Source: an uncultured Synergistales bacterium
GTDB taxonomy: Bacteria > Synergistota > Synergistia > Synergistales > Aminobacteriaceae
NCBI GenBank assembly: GCA_905233565.1
Contig: CAJOCL010000010.1
Coordinates: forward strand, 18,832 to 82,831
Reading direction: 5' to 3'
DNA: 64,000 nucleotides
In this document: positions 1 through 9,180 of the stretch, one piece after another
How the letters are laid out: the number at the start of each line of letters is the position of its first letter
Position numbering within the stretch: position 1 is the first letter of the stretch
The notes under the pieces: generated by a model
The model's database searches: none
Seen by the model: only the letters and a program-made list of their open reading frames with translations
Told to the model about the DNA's origin: nothing
Program-made: the position numbers and the translations under genes

Positions 1-435
1 TTTTGATATTTGAAGCGAGATTTTGCCTGTGCTGTCAAGTATCACAAAATACTGTCCGCAGTATACTAATGCCGTATTTTTATTACATTCATTGAATTTT
101 GAGAGCTGCTTCTCTAACTTTTCCGGCAGCCATTCATCATCATCATCAAGATATGCAATAAATTCAAAGCCTTCTTTTTCTGCAATTTTAAGAGCGTTAT
201 TTCTGGCTCTCTGTGCGCCGTAATTCTTATCGTGAGGGTAATAACGAATCCTTTTATCATTCTCGGAATATCCTTCAACCATTTTTCTGACATCTTCACG
301 AAATTCATAATCCGCCGGGCTGTCATCAACGACTAAAAGATTCCAGTCCTTATACGTCTGATTAACAACGCTCTTTAATGCGCGTTCAAGCATTTCAGGC
401 TTCCGCTTACATGTCGTTATCGCTGCAAGTATCAA
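1..435 (-). CDS. Family-2 glycosyltransferase, N-terminal ~145 codons (gene continues past the window start)
   Basis: My own minus-strand translation from TTG at 435 reads LILAAITTCKRKPEMLERALKSVVNQTYKDWNLLVVDDSPADYEF...YGAQRARNNALKIAEKEGFEFIAYLDDDDEWLPEKL. This is the GT2 nucleotide-sugar-binding core with DDS and DDDD (DxD-type) motifs. The frame stays open to base 1. The ORF track shows only a different-frame fragment because the start is not ATG. Confidence 0.6.
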   Translation of the reverse strand, partial: MILAAITTCKRKPEMLERALKSVVNQTYKDWNLLVVDDSPADYEFREDVRKMVEGYSENDKRIRYYPHDKNYGAQRARNNALKIAEKEGFEFIAYLDDDDEWLPEKLEKQLSKFNECNKNTALVYCGQYFVILDSTGKISLQISK

Positions 436-548
436 ATTATCTTTTTCCCTTCAAAAAATTTTTTTCCGTGTAATTATATCTTAAGCATTGCAACACGTGT
501 ATAATTGTGACGGCACAAATTTTATTTTTCAGGAGGTTATTTCTTAAT

Positions 549-1472
549 ATGCAAAAATTCTTATTGTCAATAATTCTTTTTATGCTCATTTTAACCCCTT
601 CCCTGTCATCGGCTAATGAAGCTGACGAAATAAAATCAGCAATGCTTGTAGTTTCATTCGGAACATCAGTACCGCAGGCACGCAAGGCAATCGACAATCT
701 TGTTGAAGCAGTGAAAAATGAATTTCCGAGCGTTGATGTAAGGCTTTCTTTCACGTCAAACATAATACGCCGTAAAATCCAGAAAGAACAGGGGCAGTTC
801 ATTCCCAACCCTTCACAGGCTTTGGCACAGCTGAACGATGAGGGATATTCTCATGTAATAGTAATCCCAACCCACATGATACCGGGCGAAGAATATGACG
901 AAATCAAAGATGTCGTTGAATCTTTCGGCAGCATGTCGGGAAAATTCGGCTTTGATGAGTTAGTCCTGTGCAGGCCGTCCCTTGACGGCGTAAAAGACTG
1001 CGAGCGCATTGCAGATATATTAATCAAGAGATTTGAACAGCAGTTAAAAGACAAAGATACCGCAATAGTCTTAATGGGTCATGGAACGCCCGAACATTTC
1101 GCAAATTCACAGTATCTTCAGTTACAGCTCGCATTAAATCAGAAGGCTTACGGAAGATTCTTTATCGGAACTGTAGAGGCTGCGCCGATGATTGATGATG
1201 TTCTTGCTGACTTGAAGAGGCATCAGGAAATCAAAAAATTAGTATTGTCGCCCTTGATGATAGTTGCGGGAGATCACGCACATAATGACCTTGCCGGAAA
1301 AGATGATCCCGATTCATGGCTCAATATTCTCAAGAAAAACGGTTATAACAACATAAGCACTTATCTTGTAGGATTGGGAGAAGATGAGAATTTCGCACGG
1401 TATTTTGTCCGCAAAGTCTATGATGTTGTACTTGAAAACGCTGATTTAGCATTGTCAGGAGAAAGCGATTAA
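549..1472 (+). CDS. cbiK: Sirohydrochlorin cobaltochelatase CbiK family protein with an N-terminal signal peptide (periplasmic CbiK-type)
   Basis: ORF track 507..1472. I place the start at ATG 549, with AGGAGG 12 nt upstream. MQKFLLSIILFMLILTPSLSSA|NE looks like a Sec signal peptide. The mature part (MLVVSFGTSVPQARKAI, VLMGHGTPEH, MIVAGDHAHND) matches the anaerobic class II chelatase CbiK. Confidence 0.75.
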   Translation: MQKFLLSIILFMLILTPSLSSANEADEIKSAMLVVSFGTSVPQARKAIDNLVEAVKNEFPSVDVRLSFTSNIIRRKIQKEQGQFIPNPSQALAQLNDEGYSHVIVIPTHMIPGEEYDEIKDVVESFGSMSGKFGFDELVLCRPSLDGVKDCERIADILIKRFEQQLKDKDTAIVLMGHGTPEHFANSQYLQLQLALNQKAYGRFFIGTVEAAPMIDDVLADLKRHQEIKKLVLSPLMIVAGDHAHNDLAGKDDPDSWLNILKKNGYNNISTYLVGLGEDENFARYFVRKVYDVVLENADLALSGESD

Positions 1473-1475
1473 TTT

Positions 1476-2396
1476 TTGTTTCCTGTTTTAATCCTGATAT
1501 TAATATCAATATGGCGGATTTCATCGGGCGAGTGGGATATTTCATTCCCTGACGTAATCCGCTTTTTGCTGACTGAAAGCAATTCCCCAGAAGCTATCGT
1601 AATAAAATCCGTGAGGCTGCCGAGATTATTATGTTCATTATGTACGGGAGGCATTCTCAGCGTTTCGGGCGTAACTCTTCAGGCACTTTTAGCAAATCCG
1701 CTTGCTGAACCTTACACTCTCGGCATTGCTTCAGGTGCTGCGTTCGGTGCTGCAATAGGAATCATGACGGGGGCTTTTATGATAATGCCCTGCGCGTTTA
1801 TAGGGGCTTTATGCGCGTTAATTCTTACGGGGATAATTTCATATCACGGCGGTAACGGGAAAATAATTCTTGCAGGAGTAATTTCAAACGCAATACTTTC
1901 ATCGGGCGTAACTTTCCTGAAGGCTGTTGCGGGTGATAAATTAGGAGCTGTTGTTCTATGGCTTATGGGTAGTTTTTCAGGCTCAGGAATTAATGACGTT
2001 TGGGCAGTTCTCGCAGGTTCAATAATTGTTATAGTCCCGGCGTATTTAATGGGCAATAATCTCGATGTCATGTCGCTTGGAAAGAACAGGGCTTCAGTTT
2101 TAGGAGTGAATGAAAATCTTGTGCGTTTTATTTTGCTTCTGACTACTTCAATGGGCGTTGCTCTCTGCGTCAGTTCATTCGGTGTAATAGGTTTTGTAGG
2201 GCTTGTCGTCCCTCATATTTCGAGAGGGCTTTCAGGGGCTTCACACAGAAGGTTAATACTTCATTCGTTCGTAACAGGTGCAGTTCTCATGTGTCTTGCT
2301 GACGGTATAGCCCAGAAAATCGGGGAACTTCCGGCCGGAACAATTACCGCGCTGGCCGGAGGTCCTTTTTTCTGTTACGTTCTTGCGAAAGATTAA
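1476..2396 (+). CDS. FecCD/BtuC-family ABC transporter permease (iron-chelate / haem / corrinoid type)
   Basis: 306-aa polytopic membrane protein starting 3 nt after the cbiK stop. RLPRLLCSLCTGGILSVSGVTLQALLANPLAEPYTLGIASGAAFGAA and the C-terminal LPAGTITALAGGPFFCYVL are typical of FecCD-family permeases. Confidence 0.8.
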   Translation: MFPVLILILISIWRISSGEWDISFPDVIRFLLTESNSPEAIVIKSVRLPRLLCSLCTGGILSVSGVTLQALLANPLAEPYTLGIASGAAFGAAIGIMTGAFMIMPCAFIGALCALILTGIISYHGGNGKIILAGVISNAILSSGVTFLKAVAGDKLGAVVLWLMGSFSGSGINDVWAVLAGSIIVIVPAYLMGNNLDVMSLGKNRASVLGVNENLVRFILLLTTSMGVALCVSSFGVIGFVGLVVPHISRGLSGASHRRLILHSFVTGAVLMCLADGIAQKIGELPAGTITALAGGPFFCYVLAKD

Positions 2397-2881
2397 TTAT
2401 TTTCGTTTCGTGAAATGAGATTGCGTTTTTCAAGTATTTTTATCAGCGGAATGCCGACAATGTAACATGCTCCGGCCTCACCAAGTCCGACATAAAGGCA
2501 TGTTGCCAATAAGGGAACATCAATCAGGTAGTGCAGCATTGCGCCGATTATCACGGCATTTGAAAGCACCGGCCAGAATGCAGCAATATATATATTCGAT
2601 GATTTACGTGTCAATATAGCCGCTATCAGTGTTGCAAGACTTCCGAAGACCATATCTGTAAGCCCGAATCCCCCGAAAAAGTTCGAGAATATACAGCCTA
2701 TGAAAAGTCCGGGTATTGCTTCAGGCATGTAAAACGGCAGCAAAGTCAAGGCTTCTGATACTCTGAACTGAACGGGCCCGTATGATATGGGCGCGAGTGA
2801 AACCGTCAAAACTGTATAAACTGCCGCGATTAAAGCCCCTATTGCGGTTTTTTTTGCTTTTTTGTCAATATTAAAATTCAT
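2393..2881 (-). CDS. queT: QueT-family queuosine-precursor transporter (ECF S-component-like membrane protein)
   Basis: 162-aa membrane protein. AIGALIAAVYTVLTVSLAPISYGPVQFRVSEALTLLPF and DMVFGSLATLIAA fit the QueT family signature. Confidence 0.7.
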   Translation of the reverse strand: MNFNIDKKAKKTAIGALIAAVYTVLTVSLAPISYGPVQFRVSEALTLLPFYMPEAIPGLFIGCIFSNFFGGFGLTDMVFGSLATLIAAILTRKSSNIYIAAFWPVLSNAVIIGAMLHYLIDVPLLATCLYVGLGEAGACYIVGIPLIKILEKRNLISRNENN

Positions 2882-2887
2882 TCTTGT

Positions 2888-4651
2888 TCATTCATTCCTT
2901 ACTGTAATTTTTATATATTTATTTTTCGTGTTTCTGATTAACATTTCAGGCTCAATTAACTTTCTTACTGTTTCGATTGAGTCAGTATTAACATAAATCG
3001 GCAGTTTATCATCTCCCGGATCCATTACAAAAATGCCTGCATTCATGAAAGTATCGAGCATATTTTCACGCGTTTTTTTGCTGCTGAATAAAATTTCAAT
3101 AATATAACCATAAGGAGGAAGCATAAATTCATATCTGTTTTTTAATTCGTCAGGTATAAATCTGCTCCAGCCTTGCGAAAGAAATTCGGCGATTTTCATT
3201 CCTGTTTTTCTTGACTGTATTAAAACTTTTCTTTCCGGGTTATTCTCTCTTCCTCGCCAGTATGATTCCATGAGCATATTGAAAACGTTGAATCTTGTTC
3301 CGTAATCCTGACTCCATAACTCAGCATCGAGATCAAGCCATGAAATTAAATTTACGTCAATTTTTCCGCAAAGTTCAAGCCCTCTTTGTGTCGACAAAAT
3401 TAAACCGTGAACGCTTGAACTTTTAACGCCTTCAGAATAAATATGAACGTCATTGTAATATTTCCCCGTTATTTTTGCGAGTGCATCAAGTCCAGGCCGT
3501 CTTCCCGTCAGAAAATCACAGCCGCATTTACTGCACTTTTCTGGAAGTCTGCAGATAAAGCCGCATTTACGGCATCGCAAAATATTGCCGTCATTTCTTG
3601 CCTGCATAATTCCGCCGCATTTTTGGCAGGTGATAATATTTCCGCATTTTTCACAGAAAATTTCTGACGCTTCGCCCTTCCTGTTGAGTATCCATATTAC
3701 ATTATGCCCTTTTGATAATTCCCTGTAAGTGTTTTTTATGAGCGAGTATGTAAGGGGAATATTTCCTTTTACGCCGTTAATCTCTTCTTTTTTCGTGCGC
3801 GAGTGATATATATCTGACAGGATAATATATTTTCGTTCGGGAATAATTATCTCTTTGGGATTTTTGCGCATATAAGTTTTAAGGGACGGCATTCTGCCGG
3901 CAGTTATAAATTCTGCATTGATAAATGATGCTCTGTGTCCTGCGAGGCTTCGGGCTGAAAGATTCAGGTTATAGGGCAGAATATAAGCCGGGTTTGCCTC
4001 ATCGTCAACAATAATTTTTTCAGGCATTAACGGTGCTGATATTCCGCCGGGAGGGGCGATAACTATACGGAATTTCTTTTCATGAATTAATTTCCATGAC
4101 TGCCATAATTTTTTGCTGTTGTCTGACGGCCATAACAACGCCTCAGATTTTAATTTATCAGGCAGATTCTTGAAAAATGATTTTGCCGTTTCCTTCTGAG
4201 GGAATAATATTAAAGTTCGTCCGGGCTTCTCAAGTTCTGAGATGAAAAATTTAACCCGTTCGCTGTCTAAAGGATGAAAGAAATTTTTTTCGTTAAATTT
4301 CCCGTTCACGCTGACGCTTATTTCAGGAGAATTAATAATCTTACCCATATAGAACGGGCGCGGTATAAAAGCCTTCAAAGCCTCAGCAGTTCCGCACATG
4401 CAGACTTTAGCGGCCCACAGGGACATATTCCAAATATCAGGGTCAATTAAACACTCATTGTCAATTATCCCCTCAACAGGCTTAATAATTATGTCCGATG
4501 ACAATTTTTTTTCTGAACGGCCTATAACAAAGCCTGTGTGCAGACTTCCTACAACTTCAACTATAACGCGGCTGCCCTCCTGAAGATTTATGCTGCTCTC
4601 ATAAGTCAGAGAGTTAAGCGACATTTCAGGGACTGCAACATCAATCAGCAA
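2888..4651 (-). CDS. priA: Primosomal protein N' (PriA)-like protein lacking a Walker A motif
   Basis: 587 aa. It has four CxxC pairs (CEKCGNIITCQKCGG...CRKCGFICRLPEKCSKCGC) as in the PriA Cys-rich zinc region, and a DExx-like IIVDDEANPAY. Synteny rpoZ-coaBC-priA is conserved. No GxxxxGK[ST] occurs anywhere in the protein (see findings). Confidence 0.7.
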   Translation of the reverse strand: MLIDVAVPEMSLNSLTYESSINLQEGSRVIVEVVGSLHTGFVIGRSEKKLSSDIIIKPVEGIIDNECLIDPDIWNMSLWAAKVCMCGTAEALKAFIPRPFYMGKIINSPEISVSVNGKFNEKNFFHPLDSERVKFFISELEKPGRTLILFPQKETAKSFFKNLPDKLKSEALLWPSDNSKKLWQSWKLIHEKKFRIVIAPPGGISAPLMPEKIIVDDEANPAYILPYNLNLSARSLAGHRASFINAEFITAGRMPSLKTYMRKNPKEIIIPERKYIILSDIYHSRTKKEEINGVKGNIPLTYSLIKNTYRELSKGHNVIWILNRKGEASEIFCEKCGNIITCQKCGGIMQARNDGNILRCRKCGFICRLPEKCSKCGCDFLTGRRPGLDALAKITGKYYNDVHIYSEGVKSSSVHGLILSTQRGLELCGKIDVNLISWLDLDAELWSQDYGTRFNVFNMLMESYWRGRENNPERKVLIQSRKTGMKIAEFLSQGWSRFIPDELKNRYEFMLPPYGYIIEILFSSKKTRENMLDTFMNAGIFVMDPGDDKLPIYVNTDSIETVRKLIEPEMLIRNTKNKYIKITVRNE

Positions 4652-5834
4652 TTAACGAACTCCATACATCGAATGATATATCGTCTTTAAGTCCTGAAAA
4701 AGTCTTGACGGGCATATTTTCATTTTTTGAAATTAAATGAAGCGTGTTATTATCGCTTGAAAAGCCTGAATTTTCATTGCTCACGTCATTAGCGAGGACG
4801 TAATCGAGATTTTTCCGTAAAATTTTAGCCCTTGCATTCTCGGATATGTTATCAGTTTCAGCTGCAAAACCGATTAAGATTTGATCTTTCCGCTTGATTT
4901 TCCCGATTTCAGAGGCTATGTCGGGATTTTGAACAAGTTCAAGAGTTATTGTGTCTTTTCCCTCACGCTTTATTTTATGGGACGAGTAATCTTTTGCCCT
5001 GAAATCACCGACAGCGGCAGCCTTGACGATGTAATCAGCCCATTCAAGATTATTCATGACTGATGACAGCATATCTTCAGCTGATTTTACGTGAATAACT
5101 TTCATTCCGTAGCCGTCAACATTAACGGGGCCTGCAACAATTTTAACGTCCGCGCCCCTGTACCATGCTGCTCTGGCCATAGAAACGCCCATTTTCCCGC
5201 TTGAAGGGTTTGAAATATAGCGCACAGGGTCAATATATTCATGTGTCGGCCCGGCTGTAACAAGTACATTTTTCCCCTCCATGTCATGAAAAGGACTTAA
5301 AGCCCTGAAGATTTCGTGCATAATTTCATCAGGTTCGGGCATTCTCCCTTTTCCTGAAGTTCCGCAGGCCAATGATCCTGATGAAGGCTCAATAACTTTA
5401 AGGCCGCGCGATTTCAGCCTGTTTATATTTTCCTGAACCGACGGATTAATGTACATGTTTTCATTCATGGCCGGAAATACGAGAATTTGGCGTACTGAAG
5501 CCGTTACCGTTGAAGTCAGAAGATTATCGCTTATTCCATTTGAAATTTTTGCCAAAGTATTCGCCGTGCATGGAGCAATAACGATTAAATCAGCCCATTG
5601 GGATAATTTTATGTGGGGTATCCTGAAATCAAAAGAGCCGTCATCCCAGATTTTACGGCCTGATAAAACCTCAAGCGTCATGGGTGAGACGAAATTTTTT
5701 GCACATTCAGTAAGTATTATTTCACATTCACAGTCTGACTTTCTGATTAAGCGGACAAGTGAAGGCATTTTATAGGCCGCAATTCCGCCGGTTATGCAGA
5801 GCAGGATTTTACGGCCTTTTTTCCAGTTAATCAT
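4641..5834 (-). CDS. coaBC: Bifunctional phosphopantothenoylcysteine decarboxylase / phosphopantothenate-cysteine ligase
   Basis: 397 aa. N-terminal flavoprotein domain (KILLCITGGIAAYK, VFPAMNENM) and C-terminal ligase domain (VLVTAGPTHEYIDPVRYISNPSSGKMG, IGFAAET). It overlaps the priA start by 11 nt. Confidence 0.9.
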   Translation of the reverse strand: MINWKKGRKILLCITGGIAAYKMPSLVRLIRKSDCECEIILTECAKNFVSPMTLEVLSGRKIWDDGSFDFRIPHIKLSQWADLIVIAPCTANTLAKISNGISDNLLTSTVTASVRQILVFPAMNENMYINPSVQENINRLKSRGLKVIEPSSGSLACGTSGKGRMPEPDEIMHEIFRALSPFHDMEGKNVLVTAGPTHEYIDPVRYISNPSSGKMGVSMARAAWYRGADVKIVAGPVNVDGYGMKVIHVKSAEDMLSSVMNNLEWADYIVKAAAVGDFRAKDYSSHKIKREGKDTITLELVQNPDIASEIGKIKRKDQILIGFAAETDNISENARAKILRKNLDYVLANDVSNENSGFSSDNNTLHLISKNENMPVKTFSGLKDDISFDVWSSLIAD

Positions 5835-6049
5835 ACGGCTTTTTTGGCAGTTTCAACATTAATGGGACTTTTTCCCTCTTCAATCTCAAAAAGAACATTT
5901 GAGATATAACGCTCACTGGCAGGATTAGATTTTTCGCCGTAAGACTCTTCACTTTTCCGGCGAGCCTCAGCGGCTACTTTTGCCGTTATTTCGTATTTGT
6001 TGTCAGTTCCGCATCTTTTAGCGAGCCACTCTAAATCATAAAATTTCAT
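5831..6049 (-). CDS. rpoZ: Probable RNA polymerase omega subunit
   Basis: 72-aa ORF with AAAGGAGGAA upstream and a 4-nt overlap with coaBC. DNKYEITAKVAAEARRKS resembles the omega N-R-Y-x-L-x-x-x-A-x-x-R-A core. Its position immediately upstream of coaBC-priA is the common bacterial synteny. Confidence 0.55.
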   Translation of the reverse strand: MKFYDLEWLAKRCGTDNKYEITAKVAAEARRKSEESYGEKSNPASERYISNVLFEIEEGKSPINVETAKKAV

Positions 6050-6100
6050 TATTAAATTCCTCCTTTAGGTTTCCCGCGTATATTTTACAGCACTGAACGG

Positions 6101-6718
6101 CTAAACAAACCTTTTTGCAAGTTCCGAAATGCTGTTGTCAGTAACAGCCTGACCGATTGCGTTAAATCTCCACTGGCCGTTACGGAGATATATTTCACCG
6201 AATATCATTGCGGTCATGTTGTCATAGTTCTCGGAAAGATTGTAGCGGCATAATTCCTGATGGTTATCGTTGTCGCATATCCTGATAAAAGCGTTCTTAA
6301 TCATTCCGAAATGCTGCTTACGTTCGCGTGCCTTGTAAATATTGACAACGAATATTATTTTGTCGTAACGTGACGGAAGGGACTTCAGGTCAACAAATAT
6401 CTGCTCATCATCGCCCTCGCCTTCACCGGTTAAGTTGTCGCCCATATGTTTTACTGCTCCCGACTCATGCTCAAGATTCCCGAAGTATATGATGTCGTCA
6501 GAGTTTTCAATTTTTCCGTTCACGCATAAGAACGCTGAGGCATCGCAGTCTATATCACGATGATTCTCGCCGCCGAACAATGCCCCGAAAAGTCCCTTTT
6601 TGCTGCCTGATGACTTTTCCGCTTCGTCCCAGCCTAAACCGACCATTACTTTTTTAAGTTCTGAGCCGTCAGACTTTCTTAAATCTACTTTCTGGCCTTT
6701 CTGCAGATTTACCGCCAT
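6101..6718 (-). CDS. terD: TerD-family stress (tellurium-resistance-type) protein
   Basis: 205 aa. MAVNLQKGQKVDL, VMVGLGWD, DIDCDASAFL, GDNLTGEGEGDDEQIFVDL and WRFNAIGQ are the characteristic TerD/TerZ calcium-binding beta-sandwich motifs. Confidence 0.85.
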   Translation of the reverse strand: MAVNLQKGQKVDLRKSDGSELKKVMVGLGWDEAEKSSGSKKGLFGALFGGENHRDIDCDASAFLCVNGKIENSDDIIYFGNLEHESGAVKHMGDNLTGEGEGDDEQIFVDLKSLPSRYDKIIFVVNIYKARERKQHFGMIKNAFIRICDNDNHQELCRYNLSENYDNMTAMIFGEIYLRNGQWRFNAIGQAVTDNSISELAKRFV

Positions 6719-6845
6719 TGTTTACGCCTCCTTTTGAGTAGCATTTAAGCTATCATCTTTTTCAGAGGCTGTCAAGATTTTGCTGATGTGCTAGAATTTG
6801 AGCAAAATAAAATTTCCGTATAAAAAAGGAGAATTTTTTACAATT

Positions 6846-7274
6846 ATGCCAATGCAGATAGGACTTGATGAACTTCTCGGAATGCTTGTATCACGGGTTG
6901 AAGAGATGTCCATTGACAACGAGAACCAGAAAAGCCGCTTTAATATCATGTTCAGAATGCTCTATAAAAAAGGGCTGTTCAACGAGAATGACGCACTCGA
7001 AGCCATCCGCGAGGAGAACAAAATACTTCTTGAACTTGGAATGATTAAGGAAATGCCCGATGAAAAAACCATAAAAGCCGCCGCAGATAATTTAATGCTC
7101 TGGATAAAGGGCGATGCAAAAGAGATTAAGCGTTCAATCGAGGAACTTCAGAAAAGACTTCAGGAAGCAGCTCAGAAACAGAACAAGCCTAGAATTGAAA
7201 CAGCTCCCGCAGGCGTGCTGAATGAGCTTGACCGTATCGGAGCAGGTAACTCAGGCAAAAAATTAATACTTTAA
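6846..7274 (+). CDS. Hypothetical protein, predicted helical/coiled-coil
   Basis: The ORF track starts at TTG 6798. I prefer ATG 6846 because AAAAGGAGAA lies just upstream. An extended -10-like TGCTAGAAT sits at about 6788-6796. I recognise no family. Confidence 0.45.
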   Translation: MPMQIGLDELLGMLVSRVEEMSIDNENQKSRFNIMFRMLYKKGLFNENDALEAIREENKILLELGMIKEMPDEKTIKAAADNLMLWIKGDAKEIKRSIEELQKRLQEAAQKQNKPRIETAPAGVLNELDRIGAGNSGKKLIL

Positions 7275-7282
7275 TTCAGGCC

Positions 7283-9130
7283 ATGTCATTTACTTCGCTG
7301 TTAAAAGATTTCTGGCGCAAAGTTTCAGTACGGGTTTACATTGTTGCACTCCTTGATTTTCTGCTTCTTTCGCTTGCCGTATATTTAGGTTACGTTATAA
7401 GATTCGGGATATTTATTCCTTATTATATAGATGACTGGTTAAAAGTAGGTTTCGCTCTGCCTTTAGTCTGCGTTGTCGTCTTTGCGCTTGCAGGAGAATA
7501 TAAAACGATATGGCCTCATGCAGGAACTGAAGATTATGTAAAATTTTTATGGGTCTATATGATCGCAGTTTTGATTTTCCTTATTGGGATAACAATGACT
7601 GAAATGGCCGTTTTCCCCAGAACTTCTTTCGCAATTTCGTTTTTTGTCGGTTTATTTTTATGCGGCGGACTGCGTTTTTCATGGCTCATGGCTAAATCCG
7701 TTCATGTCCGTTCTAATTCTAAACGTCTGAGAACTTTTATAGTCGGCGCGGGCGAGGCTGGGGCGTTCCTTGCACGTGATTTAATGCGTACTGAAGAGTC
7801 TGATTTAATCCCCGTAGGTTTTATTGATGACAACGAGGACAAAAAGGGCAAGTATGTATCAGGACTCAGAGTTTACGGCGACACGTCAGAAATCTGCGCA
7901 CTTGCTGAACGCGAAAATATTCAGGTTGTCTTAATTGCCATACCTTCAGTAAGAGGCCGAAAAATCAGGGAGATTTATAACGCTCTTGCCTCGATAAATA
8001 TTCAGGTACGAATACTTCCGAGTTTGTGGGAACTTGCTGACGGCAGAATTTCAGTATCAGGCGTAAGGAAAGTTAAACTTGAGGACCTTTTAGGCCGTGA
8101 ACCCGTAAGAATAGACCTTGACCCGTCAATGAATTATATCGGCGGAAAAAGAGTATTAATAACAGGTGCAGGAGGTTCAATCGGAAGCGAAATCGTAAGG
8201 CAGGTTCTTCACAACAGACCCTTAGAAGTTTTTGTTTTGGGACACGGCGAGCAGTCTATATATCTCTTAATGGAAGAGATCAACAGAATGAAGGTAAATA
8301 TTCCCGTTCACCCCGTTATCGCTGATGTTGCCGACGAGATAGCAATCGATAATTTGTTCAGGGCTAATGATATTCAGGTCGTATTTCATGCTGCAGCACA
8401 CAAGCACGTCCCTTTAATGGAATTTTCACCGCGTGAGGCCATGCGCGTAAACGGCTTGGGGACGAGGACAATTGCAAGGTGTGCGGGGAAATACAACGCT
8501 CAAAGAATGGTCATGATCTCAACTGACAAGGCCGTAAACCCATCAAGCATAATGGGAGCAACAAAGAGGCTTGCTGAAAAGGTCTTGGAACATGAGCAGT
8601 CAAATTACCCTGAGACAAAATATATGGCTGTCAGATTCGGTAACGTCTTGGGAAGCAGGGGAAGTGTTATCCCTAAATTTGAAGAGCAGATCGCTGCAGG
8701 AGGCCCCGTTACGGTTACGCATAGGGATATGAAACGTTACTTTATGCTTATTCCTGAAGCCGTAAGCCTCGTTATTCAGGCAGGAGCTTTGGGACACGGC
8801 GGTGAATTGTTCGTCCTTGACATGGGAGAACCCGTAGTAATCCGCGAAATGGCAGAATTGCTAATCAGGCTTTCAGGTTATGAGCCTTACAAAGATATAA
8901 ATATCGTATATTCAGGAATAAGAAAGGGCGAAAAGTTATACGAAGAGTTATTTTATGACGAAAACTCGGTACACGGAACTTTACACCCTAAAATCTTTGT
9001 GAGCAAAATAAAGGCTGAAAGTTCAAAGAACATACAAAATATTGATGACACTCTTGAATATGCCCTGCGTTATCCTGACGAAGCACTGGGCATTCTGAAA
9101 AAGTTAGTACCCGAATTTTCACACGAATAA
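7283..9130 (+). CDS. Membrane-anchored nucleotide-sugar 4,6-dehydratase (CapD/PglF/WbpM-type polysaccharide biosynthesis protein)
   Basis: 615 aa. It has N-terminal TM helices, a first Rossmann-like region (FIVGAGEAGAFLARDL) and an SDR domain (LITGAGGSIGSEI, FHAAAHKHVPLME, MGATKRLAE, VRFGNVLGSRGSVIP). Confidence 0.85.
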   Translation: MSFTSLLKDFWRKVSVRVYIVALLDFLLLSLAVYLGYVIRFGIFIPYYIDDWLKVGFALPLVCVVVFALAGEYKTIWPHAGTEDYVKFLWVYMIAVLIFLIGITMTEMAVFPRTSFAISFFVGLFLCGGLRFSWLMAKSVHVRSNSKRLRTFIVGAGEAGAFLARDLMRTEESDLIPVGFIDDNEDKKGKYVSGLRVYGDTSEICALAERENIQVVLIAIPSVRGRKIREIYNALASINIQVRILPSLWELADGRISVSGVRKVKLEDLLGREPVRIDLDPSMNYIGGKRVLITGAGGSIGSEIVRQVLHNRPLEVFVLGHGEQSIYLLMEEINRMKVNIPVHPVIADVADEIAIDNLFRANDIQVVFHAAAHKHVPLMEFSPREAMRVNGLGTRTIARCAGKYNAQRMVMISTDKAVNPSSIMGATKRLAEKVLEHEQSNYPETKYMAVRFGNVLGSRGSVIPKFEEQIAAGGPVTVTHRDMKRYFMLIPEAVSLVIQAGALGHGGELFVLDMGEPVVIREMAELLIRLSGYEPYKDINIVYSGIRKGEKLYEELFYDENSVHGTLHPKIFVSKIKAESSKNIQNIDDTLEYALRYPDEALGILKKLVPEFSHE

Positions 9131-9140
9131 TAAACAAAAA

Positions 9141-9174
9141 CCCCTCCGCTTTTAATTAAATTAATTTGGAGGGG
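9141..9174. terminator. Bidirectional hairpin between convergent genes
   Basis: CCCCTCC (9141-9147) pairs with GGAGGGG (9168-9174) around an AT-rich loop. An A-run lies upstream and T-rich sequence downstream. It sits between the stop at 9130 (+) and the stop at 9181 (-). Confidence 0.6.
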
Positions 9175-9180
9175 TAAATT

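Noticed and set aside
330-548. Looked for a cobalamin riboswitch upstream of cbiK and the FecCD permease.
   Set aside because: The ~110-nt non-coding stretch is AT-rich and lacks a B12-box-like element (no GCCACTG-type core) or the multi-helix GC-rich structure expected.
437-808. 123-aa minus-strand ORF spanning the cbiK promoter and 5' end.
   Set aside because: It overlaps the strongly supported cbiK start and signal-peptide region on the opposite strand. The real minus-strand gene here (GT2) begins at TTG 435 in another frame.
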